A stretch of 18,915 bases of DNA from Kerstersia gyiorum (GTDB lineage Bacteria; Pseudomonadota; Gammaproteobacteria; Burkholderiales; Burkholderiaceae_B): the NCBI RefSeq assembly GCF_004216755.1, contig NZ_SGWZ01000004.1:125144-144058 (forward strand). The letters run 5' to 3'. The notes below the pieces were generated by a model. The model had not been told where the DNA came from, made no database searches, and worked only from the letters and a program-made list of their open reading frames with translations. Below are positions 6,438 through 13,805 of the stretch, piece by piece. The translations under genes and the position numbers were made by a program. The first letter of the stretch is position 1. Each line of letters starts with the position of its first letter.

Positions 6438-6463
6438 GTGCAGGGTCACAAACGTTAGGCTTG

Positions 6464-6697
6464 TCAGATCAATTCACGGCCTACAGGCGGCGCATCTAAC
6501 CACTCTCGGTCTTCCTTTGTTGGAACGAGTGGGTAATCAGAAGCAACCAGCAGCTCATCCAAGGTGTACCGCCGCCGAGGCGTAGCTTGCGACTGGATGC
6601 CGCCCATATGCAGATCCAACGAATCTGCATGATGCTTGTTGCTGATTTGCCTAGCCTGCACTGCCGCATGGGTAGGCTGATGTGTTTTTTTTCTCAT
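6464..6697 (-). pseudogene. Small ORF whose C-terminal half resembles MazE/PemI-type antitoxin tails; probably a truncated orphan remnant
   Basis: The C-terminal ...RRRYTLDELLVASDYPLVPTKEDREWLDAPPVGRELI matches the tail pattern I recall for AbrB/MazE-family antitoxins (YTLDELL ... EW.D...VG.E). The N-terminal 38 residues lack a recognisable SpoVT/AbrB swapped-hairpin. No toxin ORF is adjacent. Confidence 0.35.
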
Positions 6698-6710
6698 AGT
6701 TCATGAAGCC

Positions 6711-6731
6711 TATTAGCGATTTCACGTACTC
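6711..6731. repeat. 21-bp direct repeat, right copy (3 bp downstream of the secretin stop codon)
   Basis: tattagcgatttcacgtactc is identical to 6417..6437. Confidence 0.9.
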
Positions 6732-6734
6732 AAC

Positions 6735-7982
6735 CTACGACGGATCGCCCGGTACGCGTTGCACTTGAAGCACCAGCAAAATTTCACTGCTGGATTGTTC
6801 ATACCCGGTAGTATGCAGGAAGCGTGGCAAGAAGCTTAAGCCGTCCCTTGTGTTGGTGTCCTTGCTCTCGGTCAGGCCGCCGAGCACGATCACATCGCCA
6901 TCCTGCATGCCCACTTTCGTTTTCAGCTCCCGCTTGGTCAGCGTGGGCGAGTTGTTGACGCCGGTTGTCGTCTTCACGAAGTTGGAGAGCTGCTGCGTAA
7001 TGTCCAGGTCGATGATGCTTTCCTTCACCACTGGCCGGATGTCGAAGATGACGCCAGAGCTGCGATACTCGACTGATTGTACGGCTTGCCCTGCGCCTTG
7101 TGGATACGATAAAGCACCAAGCACCGGCACATCCTGGCCGACCGAAAAGACGCCTTGCGATCCAGACTGAATGCGCAGCGCAGGCGATGACACTACCTTG
7201 AAGCGGCTGTCGCTCGACAGCATGGAATAGACCGCATCCAGGCTGGTGTTCTTGATCTGGATGAAGTTGCCTAGGTTCGTAGCCGTGGAACCAATGCCGA
7301 TGCCGACATGACCACCTAGGAGGTTTGCCAGCAGGCCAAAGGCTGATCCTTGCCGGTCGGTGTTACTGACCTCATAGACCAGCCCACGCACAGCCACTTC
7401 CCCAATGCGCCTGTCCACCTGTGGCAGCAGCTCACGCAGGCGTTGGATTTCTTCTTCTGCACCGGCAAACACCAGCACATCGGAAGACTGGTCAATCAGC
7501 GATGCTGCCGACGAGATTGGTACGTCACCCTTGGGGCTGGCTTCCGGTGTAGCCCGGACGCTGCGATTGGTGACGAATGTTCCCTTGAATAGCGGTGACA
7601 GCGTGCGCGATAGGTAAGACACCGCGCGATACTGCGGCTGGTAGATGTAGATATGCTCGGCCTGGATCGGCGGTTCACCCTCGACACGCTTGCGCACGAA
7701 GTCCACACCGGATTTGCGCTCGACCATGTAGCCCAGGCTGTCCAGGAAGTACTGCATGAACAGCGACAGCTTGCCCTGGTTGTCCTTGTAGCGGAATGAC
7801 ACCAGCCGTTCGTCTTCGAGCACGTCCGGGGCTAGGACATAGGGCGTTGTCGTGGCCTCGCGGTAGATGAGTTGCACGACTTCGGAAATACTTGCCCCTT
7901 GCAGGTCGAGATTGACAGCTTTGGCGTGAGCGATGCCAGCCAAGGCCAGCGACAGAATGGATGCCAGGAGACGCAGTTTCAT
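6735..7982 (-). CDS. Phage-encoded outer-membrane secretin (inovirus pIV-like; type II/III secretion secretin family)
   Basis: The 415-aa product has the signal peptide MKLRLLASILSLALAGIAHA. Its C-terminal secretin-domain pattern is VSSPALRIQSGSQGVFSVGQDVPVL ... DGDVIVLGGL. The start ATG directly abuts the Zot/pI stop (TAAATG). Confidence 0.85.
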   Translation of the reverse strand: MKLRLLASILSLALAGIAHAKAVNLDLQGASISEVVQLIYREATTTPYVLAPDVLEDERLVSFRYKDNQGKLSLFMQYFLDSLGYMVERKSGVDFVRKRVEGEPPIQAEHIYIYQPQYRAVSYLSRTLSPLFKGTFVTNRSVRATPEASPKGDVPISSAASLIDQSSDVLVFAGAEEEIQRLRELLPQVDRRIGEVAVRGLVYEVSNTDRQGSAFGLLANLLGGHVGIGIGSTATNLGNFIQIKNTSLDAVYSMLSSDSRFKVVSSPALRIQSGSQGVFSVGQDVPVLGALSYPQGAGQAVQSVEYRSSGVIFDIRPVVKESIIDLDITQQLSNFVKTTTGVNNSPTLTKRELKTKVGMQDGDVIVLGGLTESKDTNTRDGLSFLPRFLHTTGYEQSSSEILLVLQVQRVPGDPS

Positions 7983-9035
7983 TTATTGTCCTTTGGAGGT
8001 GGGTTTGCTGCCGCTCCAGGCGGTGATGCGCTCGCCATCGACCTCACCGACCATGATGGCACCGCTGTTCTGGAAGTTGGAGGGATGTTCAAGCCGTATA
8101 CGCCCTTCGTTGTCCTGGATGACGGCGTAGGCGGTCTTGCCTGTCTGCATGGTGCCGACCAGTCGCCAGGACCTGGACATGGCTTGCCGAGGTTGGGCGC
8201 GTGTTGCCGGCGTGGATGCGGGCAACGCTGAATTTGTCTTGGAATCAACGTAACCGGTTGATGTGGCTGAAATATCGGTTTTTGATGAGCTGCCAAAAAA
8301 AGCCAGCGAGTTATAAACGCCGAAGATCCCCACGCTTAGGAAAGACACGGCTTTAATCCACAACCAGGGATTTTTCAGGACGTTCTGGCGATCATCGACT
8401 TGCAGTTCCTTGCCTGCGCCGCCGGTATAGCTGCTGTAGAGCGGGAAGATTTGCGGGTCATACCGCTTGCTCTCGACAGCCACACGGCCTTTCTGCGTCA
8501 GCTTGTAGCCTTCCCACATTTCGACGCGATAGGTCTTGTTCAGGCCCAGCGTCTTGATTTTGGTGGTCTTGAAGGTGACTTCCACCACAACCTTGAGGAT
8601 GCGGTGCAGATCGGAAATGTCCTGCACCATCAGCACCAGGTCGCAGCACACCTTGGTATCGGGATGGACGAAGTGGCGGTGCTCGCGGAAGAACACCTTG
8701 TGTTCGGCCAGCAGCTTGCAGTCCGTTCCCCAGAAGCGCCACGCTTCATCAATGCAGATGATGTCGCCGGGCAGGCAGAAGGTATCGACGTTCTCGCCGT
8801 AGGGCAGGAAGTCGGCTTTGCCTACGTCCTCATTCTTGCAATGCACGACCGATCCCAGGCATTCCGGTGCGATACCGTACTTGTCCTGGCAATAGGCACG
8901 GATTGCGTCACTGTCGATGCCATCCACGTTCGTGACCACGCGGCGGCCAGCCTTGACCGCAGGCACGATGACCGAGGACACGCATTCATAGCTTTTGCCT
9001 GATCCCATCAGGCCGGTGTAGGCATTGATGGGCAT
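7983..9035 (-). CDS. Zot / inovirus pI assembly ATPase
   Basis: Carries a Walker A motif (GLMGSGKS at the N-terminus) and a Walker B-like motif (IICIDEAW). A single mid-protein TM segment (WLWIKAVSFLSVGIFGVYNSLAFF) and a gene position between pVI-like and secretin complete the match. Confidence 0.88.
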   Translation of the reverse strand: MPINAYTGLMGSGKSYECVSSVIVPAVKAGRRVVTNVDGIDSDAIRAYCQDKYGIAPECLGSVVHCKNEDVGKADFLPYGENVDTFCLPGDIICIDEAWRFWGTDCKLLAEHKVFFREHRHFVHPDTKVCCDLVLMVQDISDLHRILKVVVEVTFKTTKIKTLGLNKTYRVEMWEGYKLTQKGRVAVESKRYDPQIFPLYSSYTGGAGKELQVDDRQNVLKNPWLWIKAVSFLSVGIFGVYNSLAFFGSSSKTDISATSTGYVDSKTNSALPASTPATRAQPRQAMSRSWRLVGTMQTGKTAYAVIQDNEGRIRLEHPSNFQNSGAIMVGEVDGERITAWSGSKPTSKGQ

Positions 9036-9038
9036 GGC

Positions 9039-9326
9039 TTATCCGATGATCGGCATGCGCCGGATGATGAAGCGCGTGGCATAGGCCGATACCACCATTG
9101 CAATGCCAGCTTGCATCTGGAACACGTCCAGGAAATACCAAGTGGCGGCACCGATGCCGGACAGCGCATCATCGACGGCCCCGGTTCCAGGCAGCAGTGC
9201 CACAATGAAGCCGACGAACTCCGAAGTGATGAAATACAGCGCGAAGAACAGCACGAACTTGACCAGAAGCGAACGAAACACCCAGGACAGAACGCTATTC
9301 AACGCAGAGAGCAGAATTCCGAACAT
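9039..9326 (-). CDS. Small polytopic membrane protein, inovirus pVI-like minor coat protein (DUF2523-like)
   Basis: The 95-aa hydrophobic product ends in ...RFIIRRMPIIG, as I recall for DUF2523 proteins. It sits between the pIII-like gene and pI. Confidence 0.65.
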   Translation of the reverse strand: MFGILLSALNSVLSWVFRSLLVKFVLFFALYFITSEFVGFIVALLPGTGAVDDALSGIGAATWYFLDVFQMQAGIAMVVSAYATRFIIRRMPIIG

Positions 9327-9333
9327 GGCACCC

Positions 9334-10710
9334 TCACGCGGACAGGACGATGAACAGCGCGATCAGCGCCCAGGCCAGCAGCATGGCGGCCTGGATGATG
9401 GCTTTGTTGTCGTCGATCAGGATGCAGTGGGCATCGAGCACGTGTGTGCCGTACAGCTCGATGGTCGGGCGTGGGCATTCCCCTGCATGTGACGATGGCT
9501 TGTAGCCACGCAAGTCAGGCAGCATGTCCAGAATGGGCTGCACGATTTGCTGTGCTGTGGGGATGGCCTCCAATGCTGGCGCACCGATTCCGGGGTCTGG
9601 GCCAAGATTGGTGACTGGGTTTTCCGCGCCCGGATTGCTTGTATTGCTATTCGGAATGGCTGGCGTTGGGCGCGATGCCGTAGGGTTGGAAGGTAGCGCC
9701 CAAGGATTTGGCCTATCATTCGTGACAGGGTTTGGAGACACGAAATCCCTCACTGTAGGCGCAAGCTCTGGATTAGCTTGCAACCAAGGGGCAGCATCTT
9801 CTGCCGTCAAGGGATTGGATTGCGGGTATGGCAAACCGTCATAACCCGGTTCAGATGCAGCTTGCTGCCATGCGCGATTGGCAAGACCAGCGAGCAAAGC
9901 GGGATTCAATGGCTGTGCAAGTACTTCTTCGGGCAACGCTTCGATAGCCTCTTGCGGCGTCAAGCCGTCGCGGTCATCGACGACATTTTCAACGGGAAAA
10001 CTATAGCCAGCGCATCCCAGTTCAGTCGCAAAAAAAGTACCTTTAGCGCACTGATTCGGAGGCCCGTTCATGTCGAGCACTGCGCCCTGCAATTCACAAA
10101 ATATGTTTGTCGCTGAGTGTGCGCGACATTGAATGTTTGGGTCTGGCGTTTCCCCCAGAACAGATTTACGACTGAAATATGCCTGCTTCGCCATCGCATA
10201 GCCATCACCTCCCCATGCCTGATGCGACGTGTAGCGATCAGTCCAGACAGTCGCCCGCCATGCAGGAACCCCAGGGGTGATGCCTGATGAAGGGTCGCGC
10301 TCACCAGCCATATCGCTAGACTGGTCGATCAACCCATCATCGCGGAATATCCAGTTCACTAGTGCATCAAGGCCCAAGCTGACTGCATACGTGACAACGG
10401 CCCCGATTCCAGCAGCAATAGCCACAGTAGCCCACGCCGGAGCTGTTACTGCTCCCACTGTTACCGCTGCTGCAGCACCACCTATTGCAGCATTCGATAA
10501 CCTAGGCCCTACTCTAGCCACCGTGTTCATGAAACGATGATCGTTTGCTGCAAAGCCACGACGCTGCATGCCTTGTTGCAATGTCCCCGATATGGCGCGT
10601 GTGACGCGCTCAGGCTCTGGCGTAGGCTTCGGGAGTGCTTGGGAAAAGACCGGCTGGAAGGAAATCAGCAGCCAGACAAAAAACACGATCATGAAGCGGC
10701 AGAGGCTCAT
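9334..10710 (-). CDS. Inovirus pIII-like adsorption / minor coat protein
   Basis: The likely start is the ATG at 10710, with an AAGGA..GGAG SD; the track ORF extends to 10854. The signal peptide is MSLCRFMIVFFVWLLISFQPVFSQA. A Pro/Asn/Thr-rich linker (NPVTNDRPNPWALPSNPTASRPTPAIPNSNTSNPGAENPVTNLGPDPG) and a C-terminal anchor (AAMLLAWALIALFIVLSA) follow. The assignment rests on architecture and synteny, not on recognised homology. Confidence 0.6.
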   Translation of the reverse strand: MSLCRFMIVFFVWLLISFQPVFSQALPKPTPEPERVTRAISGTLQQGMQRRGFAANDHRFMNTVARVGPRLSNAAIGGAAAAVTVGAVTAPAWATVAIAAGIGAVVTYAVSLGLDALVNWIFRDDGLIDQSSDMAGERDPSSGITPGVPAWRATVWTDRYTSHQAWGGDGYAMAKQAYFSRKSVLGETPDPNIQCRAHSATNIFCELQGAVLDMNGPPNQCAKGTFFATELGCAGYSFPVENVVDDRDGLTPQEAIEALPEEVLAQPLNPALLAGLANRAWQQAASEPGYDGLPYPQSNPLTAEDAAPWLQANPELAPTVRDFVSPNPVTNDRPNPWALPSNPTASRPTPAIPNSNTSNPGAENPVTNLGPDPGIGAPALEAIPTAQQIVQPILDMLPDLRGYKPSSHAGECPRPTIELYGTHVLDAHCILIDDNKAIIQAAMLLAWALIALFIVLSA

Positions 10711-10821
10711 TACTCCAATCCTTTGATCAACGCCCAAGCGCACGCGATGCCCCAGGCAAATATGACGAGATACCAAAGCTGGGTAATCACGATTTGCAAG
10801 TTCCAAAGAGGTGGATGCCCA

Positions 10822-10842
10822 GGCAGGATGGCCAGTCCTGCC
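10822..10842 (-). terminator. Hairpin downstream of the major coat gene (candidate attenuator/terminator or mRNA-stabilising element)
   Basis: ggcagga-tggccag-tcctgcc forms a 7-bp stem. It lies in the unusually long 153-nt gap between the coat gene and the pIII-like gene. No strong U-tract follows it. Confidence 0.3.
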
Positions 10843-10863
10843 CGAGTCAGTCATGCGGCCGAA

Positions 10864-11106
10864 TCAACCGCCACGAATCCAGCGAAGCGCCATGCGGGCG
10901 GCAGTCATGGTGGCGTAGATCGCTGCCAGCACACCAGCTACTGCCATCACCGCCGTGATAACGTCAGCCGCATTGAATACGCTCGTGATCGACGTAAGGT
11001 CGATGCTGCCGGCCTCCTGGGCCATGACGGCACCCGATGCCAGCGTCAGTGCGGTAGCGCCCACAGCAGCGGCCACCGGTTTGAGGTTGAATTTCAGCTT
11101 CTTCAT
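10864..11106 (-). CDS. Inovirus major coat protein (pVIII-like) precursor
   Basis: An AAGGAA SD lies 7 nt upstream. The signal peptide is MKKLKFNLKPVAAAVGATALTLASGAVMA. The ~51-aa mature part has an acidic N-terminus (QEAGSIDL), a hydrophobic core and a basic C-terminus (RMALRWIRGG). The gene precedes the pIII-like gene. Confidence 0.75.
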   Translation of the reverse strand: MKKLKFNLKPVAAAVGATALTLASGAVMAQEAGSIDLTSITSVFNAADVITAVMAVAGVLAAIYATMTAARMALRWIRGG

Positions 11107-11160
11107 GTGAAGTTCCTTTTCTTGAAATTGGGCAGGAAACCGCCTGCCTGTCGGATTTAC

Positions 11161-11403
11161 CTAACCCCTGCGGATCAGGTTCAATACGGTTCCAACACCG
11201 CGCCCCAGCAGGAAGAACAGCACCACCACCGAAAGCCCCAGGCTGAATACCTGGGCAACATCAGCGGCATTCAGTGTGGGAATTGGGTTGCCTGCGGATT
11301 CCAGCGTTTCCCGTTCGATGGCGATCTGCTGGCGATGCCGTACAGGGCAATCCGTCCCGGCGTCGGTGCTGATATCGCAGTACTGGAGATAGATGCGTGT
11401 CAT
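11161..11403 (-). CDS. Small membrane protein with a coat-protein-like C-terminal half (pVII/pIX-position minor virion protein candidate)
   Basis: The 80-aa product ends NAADVAQVFSLGLSVVVLFFLLGRGVGTVLNLIRRG. That mirrors the coat protein layout and shares its NAADV motif, but there is no signal peptide. Confidence 0.5.
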   Translation of the reverse strand: MTRIYLQYCDISTDAGTDCPVRHRQQIAIERETLESAGNPIPTLNAADVAQVFSLGLSVVVLFFLLGRGVGTVLNLIRRG

Positions 11404-11406
11404 GGT

Positions 11407-11613
11407 TCAAGCCTGGATGCACGGCACATAGATCAGGATGACCACGCCCCGGCCATCTAAGTGATCCTGCACGGCCTCGACGGCGCTTTCCGGTTCCTGG
11501 AACGGGTCTGCTGCCGTCAGGGCCATCACGTTGATGACGCCACCTTCGCCATCAGCGGCCAGAAATGAGCCGTCTTCGGTGCTCTGCACCAGATAGCGAG
11601 GAACGCACCACAT
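11407..11613 (-). CDS. Hypothetical acidic small protein (phage module)
   Basis: The 68-aa ORF starts 2 nt after the upstream stop (TGAccATG). I recognise no motif. Confidence 0.45.
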   Translation of the reverse strand: MWCVPRYLVQSTEDGSFLAADGEGGVINVMALTAADPFQEPESAVEAVQDHLDGRGVVILIYVPCIQA

Positions 11614-11615
11614 GG

Positions 11616-11927
11616 TCAGGCCGCCTTCGTGGGCTTCGCCAGCTCGATGGGCTGCAAGCTGGTGATGACGGTCTTTTGCGTCTTACCGTTGGTGACGATT
11701 TCCAATTCTGCTTCGGCCACCAATGGGAAAGGCAGGTGCTTGAGCTTGTGGAACTCCTCGGAGGTGCCGTAGTTGTATTCCACGGTGGCAAAGCCCTTGC
11801 CCATGCCTTTGCTATCGTCCAGGTCGGTTTGCACGTAAATCTTGGTGCTGTCGTACTCCTGGCCGCTTTCCAGCTTACCCTTCGAGCCTTTGACGCCAGC
11901 GATGGTGATACGGGTATTGAATTTCAT
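11616..11927 (-). CDS. Probable ssDNA-binding protein (gV position)
   Basis: The 103-aa beta-rich-looking protein lies immediately downstream of the replication initiator, as in Ff-type genomes. Size and synteny are the only evidence. Confidence 0.5.
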   Translation of the reverse strand: MKFNTRITIAGVKGSKGKLESGQEYDSTKIYVQTDLDDSKGMGKGFATVEYNYGTSEEFHKLKHLPFPLVAEAELEIVTNGKTQKTVITSLQPIELAKPTKAA

Positions 11928-11953
11928 GATGTCGATTCCTTATCCGGCGTCGG

Positions 11954-13057
11954 TTAAGCCGCCACGCTGGCCGGTTCAGCGGGCTTCAATATGCGTTGGA
12001 TGCCCTGTTTCAACAGAGCGTTGGGGACGGTGCGTAGACTGCGCGGCAGCTCACGGGCTGCATGCTTTTCGATCAGGTCACCAATCCAGGCTATGCCCTC
12101 CAGGCTCGCATCAAATGCGCGGGTCAGATGCACCAGGGATGGGGCAACGGTAGTTTCAAGCCAGCGTAATTTGCGCTTGACCACGGCATCGGTGGTCACG
12201 TCTTCGAGTTTGGGCTTGGTCTTGATGCGGATGGCCTCGGACACGTCCAGCAGTTCTTGCAGGTATGGATGCGCCCCGGCGAAATACTTGTCAGGTTCGA
12301 TCAGACATTCCAGCGGCAGGATGCGATCCTGTGACCAGTAGCGCAGCTCAATGCGCCACCAGGACGATTCCATATCCTTGTAGGCATGGCCTTTGTCATA
12401 GGCGTTGACCAGCTTTGCACCACGTCGGCCCACGTAGTAGCTACGGGAATGGCCTGCATCCCAATAGCCATCGGTGCGTCCCTGGGGCCGTCTGCCGAGG
12501 TAGTCGAAACCGCCATTCATGCAGGCTTCGCGCACACCTTCGACACCACCACATCCCCCCTCGAAGAAGTCCAGGGCAATATCAATGCGAGATAGCCGAG
12601 CATTGAGCGGCACCAGGAAGTCATACATGGCCTGACGCCAGCCGGGTTTGGCGAATGTGCAGCCACTGCCGTTGAGCATGATCAGGTAGGTATCGCGCTG
12701 GTACACGCCGCCACCGGACACGCTGCCAACTTCCTCACCTTCATCGTTCAGGATGCGCAAGGTGCTGTCGTAGTAGTTGCGGCCAGGGCGCAGGTCACCG
12801 ATCTGAAAGCCTGTGATTGCGGCCACTTTCTTGGCCAGGATCGCCATAACCTGGACTTCGGTGACGAACTCACCTTCATGGTGTTCGTTGCTCAGCGTCC
12901 AGAACAGAGAATTGAAAAGATCGGTTCCCTTGATCGTGGTCGAGAGCCAATCCACCGAGCAGCGGTCTTTGCTGGTGGTCTGTGCCTGGGCCAATGTCAT
13001 TTTGACGCGGCGGCCTTCGAGCACCAGCTTTTCGTCTTTGGTCAGGCGGTGCTTCAT
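11954..13057 (-). CDS. Rolling-circle replication initiation protein (Rep_trans / phage CRI-type, gII equivalent)
   Basis: The 367-aa product carries RIDIALDFFEGG and YYVGRRGAKLVNAYDKGH, patterns typical of replication-initiation-factor (Rep_trans) domains. Its start overlaps the upstream ORF stop (ATGA). Confidence 0.8.
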   Translation of the reverse strand: MKHRLTKDEKLVLEGRRVKMTLAQAQTTSKDRCSVDWLSTTIKGTDLFNSLFWTLSNEHHEGEFVTEVQVMAILAKKVAAITGFQIGDLRPGRNYYDSTLRILNDEGEEVGSVSGGGVYQRDTYLIMLNGSGCTFAKPGWRQAMYDFLVPLNARLSRIDIALDFFEGGCGGVEGVREACMNGGFDYLGRRPQGRTDGYWDAGHSRSYYVGRRGAKLVNAYDKGHAYKDMESSWWRIELRYWSQDRILPLECLIEPDKYFAGAHPYLQELLDVSEAIRIKTKPKLEDVTTDAVVKRKLRWLETTVAPSLVHLTRAFDASLEGIAWIGDLIEKHAARELPRSLRTVPNALLKQGIQRILKPAEPASVAA

Positions 13058-13314
13058 TGCTTCACCCCCATACCTGCGGCTTTGCCGTTTCTCCCCGTTT
13101 TACTCGGGGGGGTGCCGCTGCCTGCTGTCGCCCCGCGGCTGTCCTCGCGGAGCTGCGGGCAGGCGCGGGCCGACAGCGGTTCGGTGCGTACAGCCGCCGT
13201 GTGCAATGTGGAGCCACTGCCAGCCAGTCGGGCATACTGCACCATGCCTTTGCTGAGCAGTTCGGGCCAGAAGTCGAGCTGGACACGCTTGGGTTTGATG
13301 GTGCGGGGTTTCAT
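13054..13314 (-). CDS. Hypothetical protein (phage early operon)
   Basis: The 86-aa ORF has ATGA start/stop overlaps at both ends, which suggest translational coupling. The C-terminal half is low-complexity. A GC-rich hairpin (13124..13177) lies inside it. Confidence 0.45.
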   Translation of the reverse strand: MKPRTIKPKRVQLDFWPELLSKGMVQYARLAGSGSTLHTAAVRTEPLSARACPQLREDSRGATAGSGTPPSKTGRNGKAAGMGVKQ

Positions 13315-13502
13315 GCCGATTTCCCCATGCTGATGAGCAGACGGGCGCGGTCGCGCAGTTGCTGAGTCAACAGGAACATGCCTTCGTAGATGGCATGGGC
13401 CTCTGGCATCTGGTTGGTGTCGGTCAGTTGAAGGCGCAGCGCGGCGAGTGTGCGCAGGTGCTCGGCGTCAGTAACGACCAGGTGGGCAATGGGACTCATC
13501 AC
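13311..13502 (-). CDS. Hypothetical protein (phage early operon)
   Basis: The ORF encodes 63 aa, or 62 aa from the ATG at 13499. Its start overlaps the upstream stop (TGATG) and its stop overlaps the next start (ATGA). Confidence 0.45.
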   Translation of the reverse strand: MMSPIAHLVVTDAEHLRTLAALRLQLTDTNQMPEAHAIYEGMFLLTQQLRDRARLLISMGKSA

Positions 13503-13735
13503 AGTGCGAACTCCGCTGCCCGTTCTGCGGCCTTGATGCGCACGACCTCCACATTGATGAAGATGCGCTTGCCGATCTTGACGGTAGGCCAGTAGCCACG
13601 TTCGGACTGTTTGATGAGGACGCCAAGGGGGAGGCCGATCGCATGAGCAAATGCCTCTCGACTGACGAGCGGGCTGTAGATCGTCTGCACGAGCGTCGCG
13701 CTGTCTGGCTTTGAACTTTGATCAACTTGTCGCAC
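13499..13735 (-). CDS. Excisionase/AlpA-like helix-turn-helix DNA-binding protein (Xis-like early regulator)
   Basis: A GTG start at 13735 is preceded by a GAGGGG SD 5 nt upstream. ...REAFAHAIGLPLGVLIKQSERGYWPTVKIGKRIFINVEVV fits the MerR-like excisionase HTH pattern. The gene is divergent from the repressor-like gene. Confidence 0.55.
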   Translation of the reverse strand: MRQVDQSSKPDSATLVQTIYSPLVSREAFAHAIGLPLGVLIKQSERGYWPTVKIGKRIFINVEVVRIKAAERAAEFAL

Positions 13736-13770
13736 AATAGCCCCTCTGCTAAAAAATCTATGAAAGAAAT

Positions 13771-13786
13771 AATCTTTCGAAAGATT
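13771..13786. promoter_or_regulatory. Perfect 16-bp palindrome, candidate operator of the lysogeny switch
   Basis: aatctttcgaaagatt lies in the ~70-bp AT-rich divergent intergenic region. A related half-site-like copy, aatctatgaaaga, lies at 13755..13767. Confidence 0.5.
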
Positions 13787-13805
13787 AAATCATCAAGGAT
13801 TGGCT

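Noticed and set aside
6296-6463. Search for a MazF/PemK-type toxin partner downstream of the MazE-like remnant, and for kinase partners of the phosphatases
   Set aside because: No ORF of suitable size or motif exists in the gaps or on either strand within the island. The antitoxin-like ORF and the phosphatase therefore appear to be orphans.
10711-10854. 48-codon N-terminal extension of the pIII-like ORF
   Set aside because: The ATG at 10710 has an SD and begins a canonical signal peptide. The extension overlaps the post-coat hairpin and has no SD.
10537-11460. 307-aa plus-strand ORF spanning the coat-gene region, and the 200-aa plus-strand ORF at 8400..9002 inside Zot
   Set aside because: Both run antisense to well-supported phage genes (signal-peptide coat protein, Walker-A Zot). 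They have low-complexity, His/Arg/Ala-rich translations and no SD.
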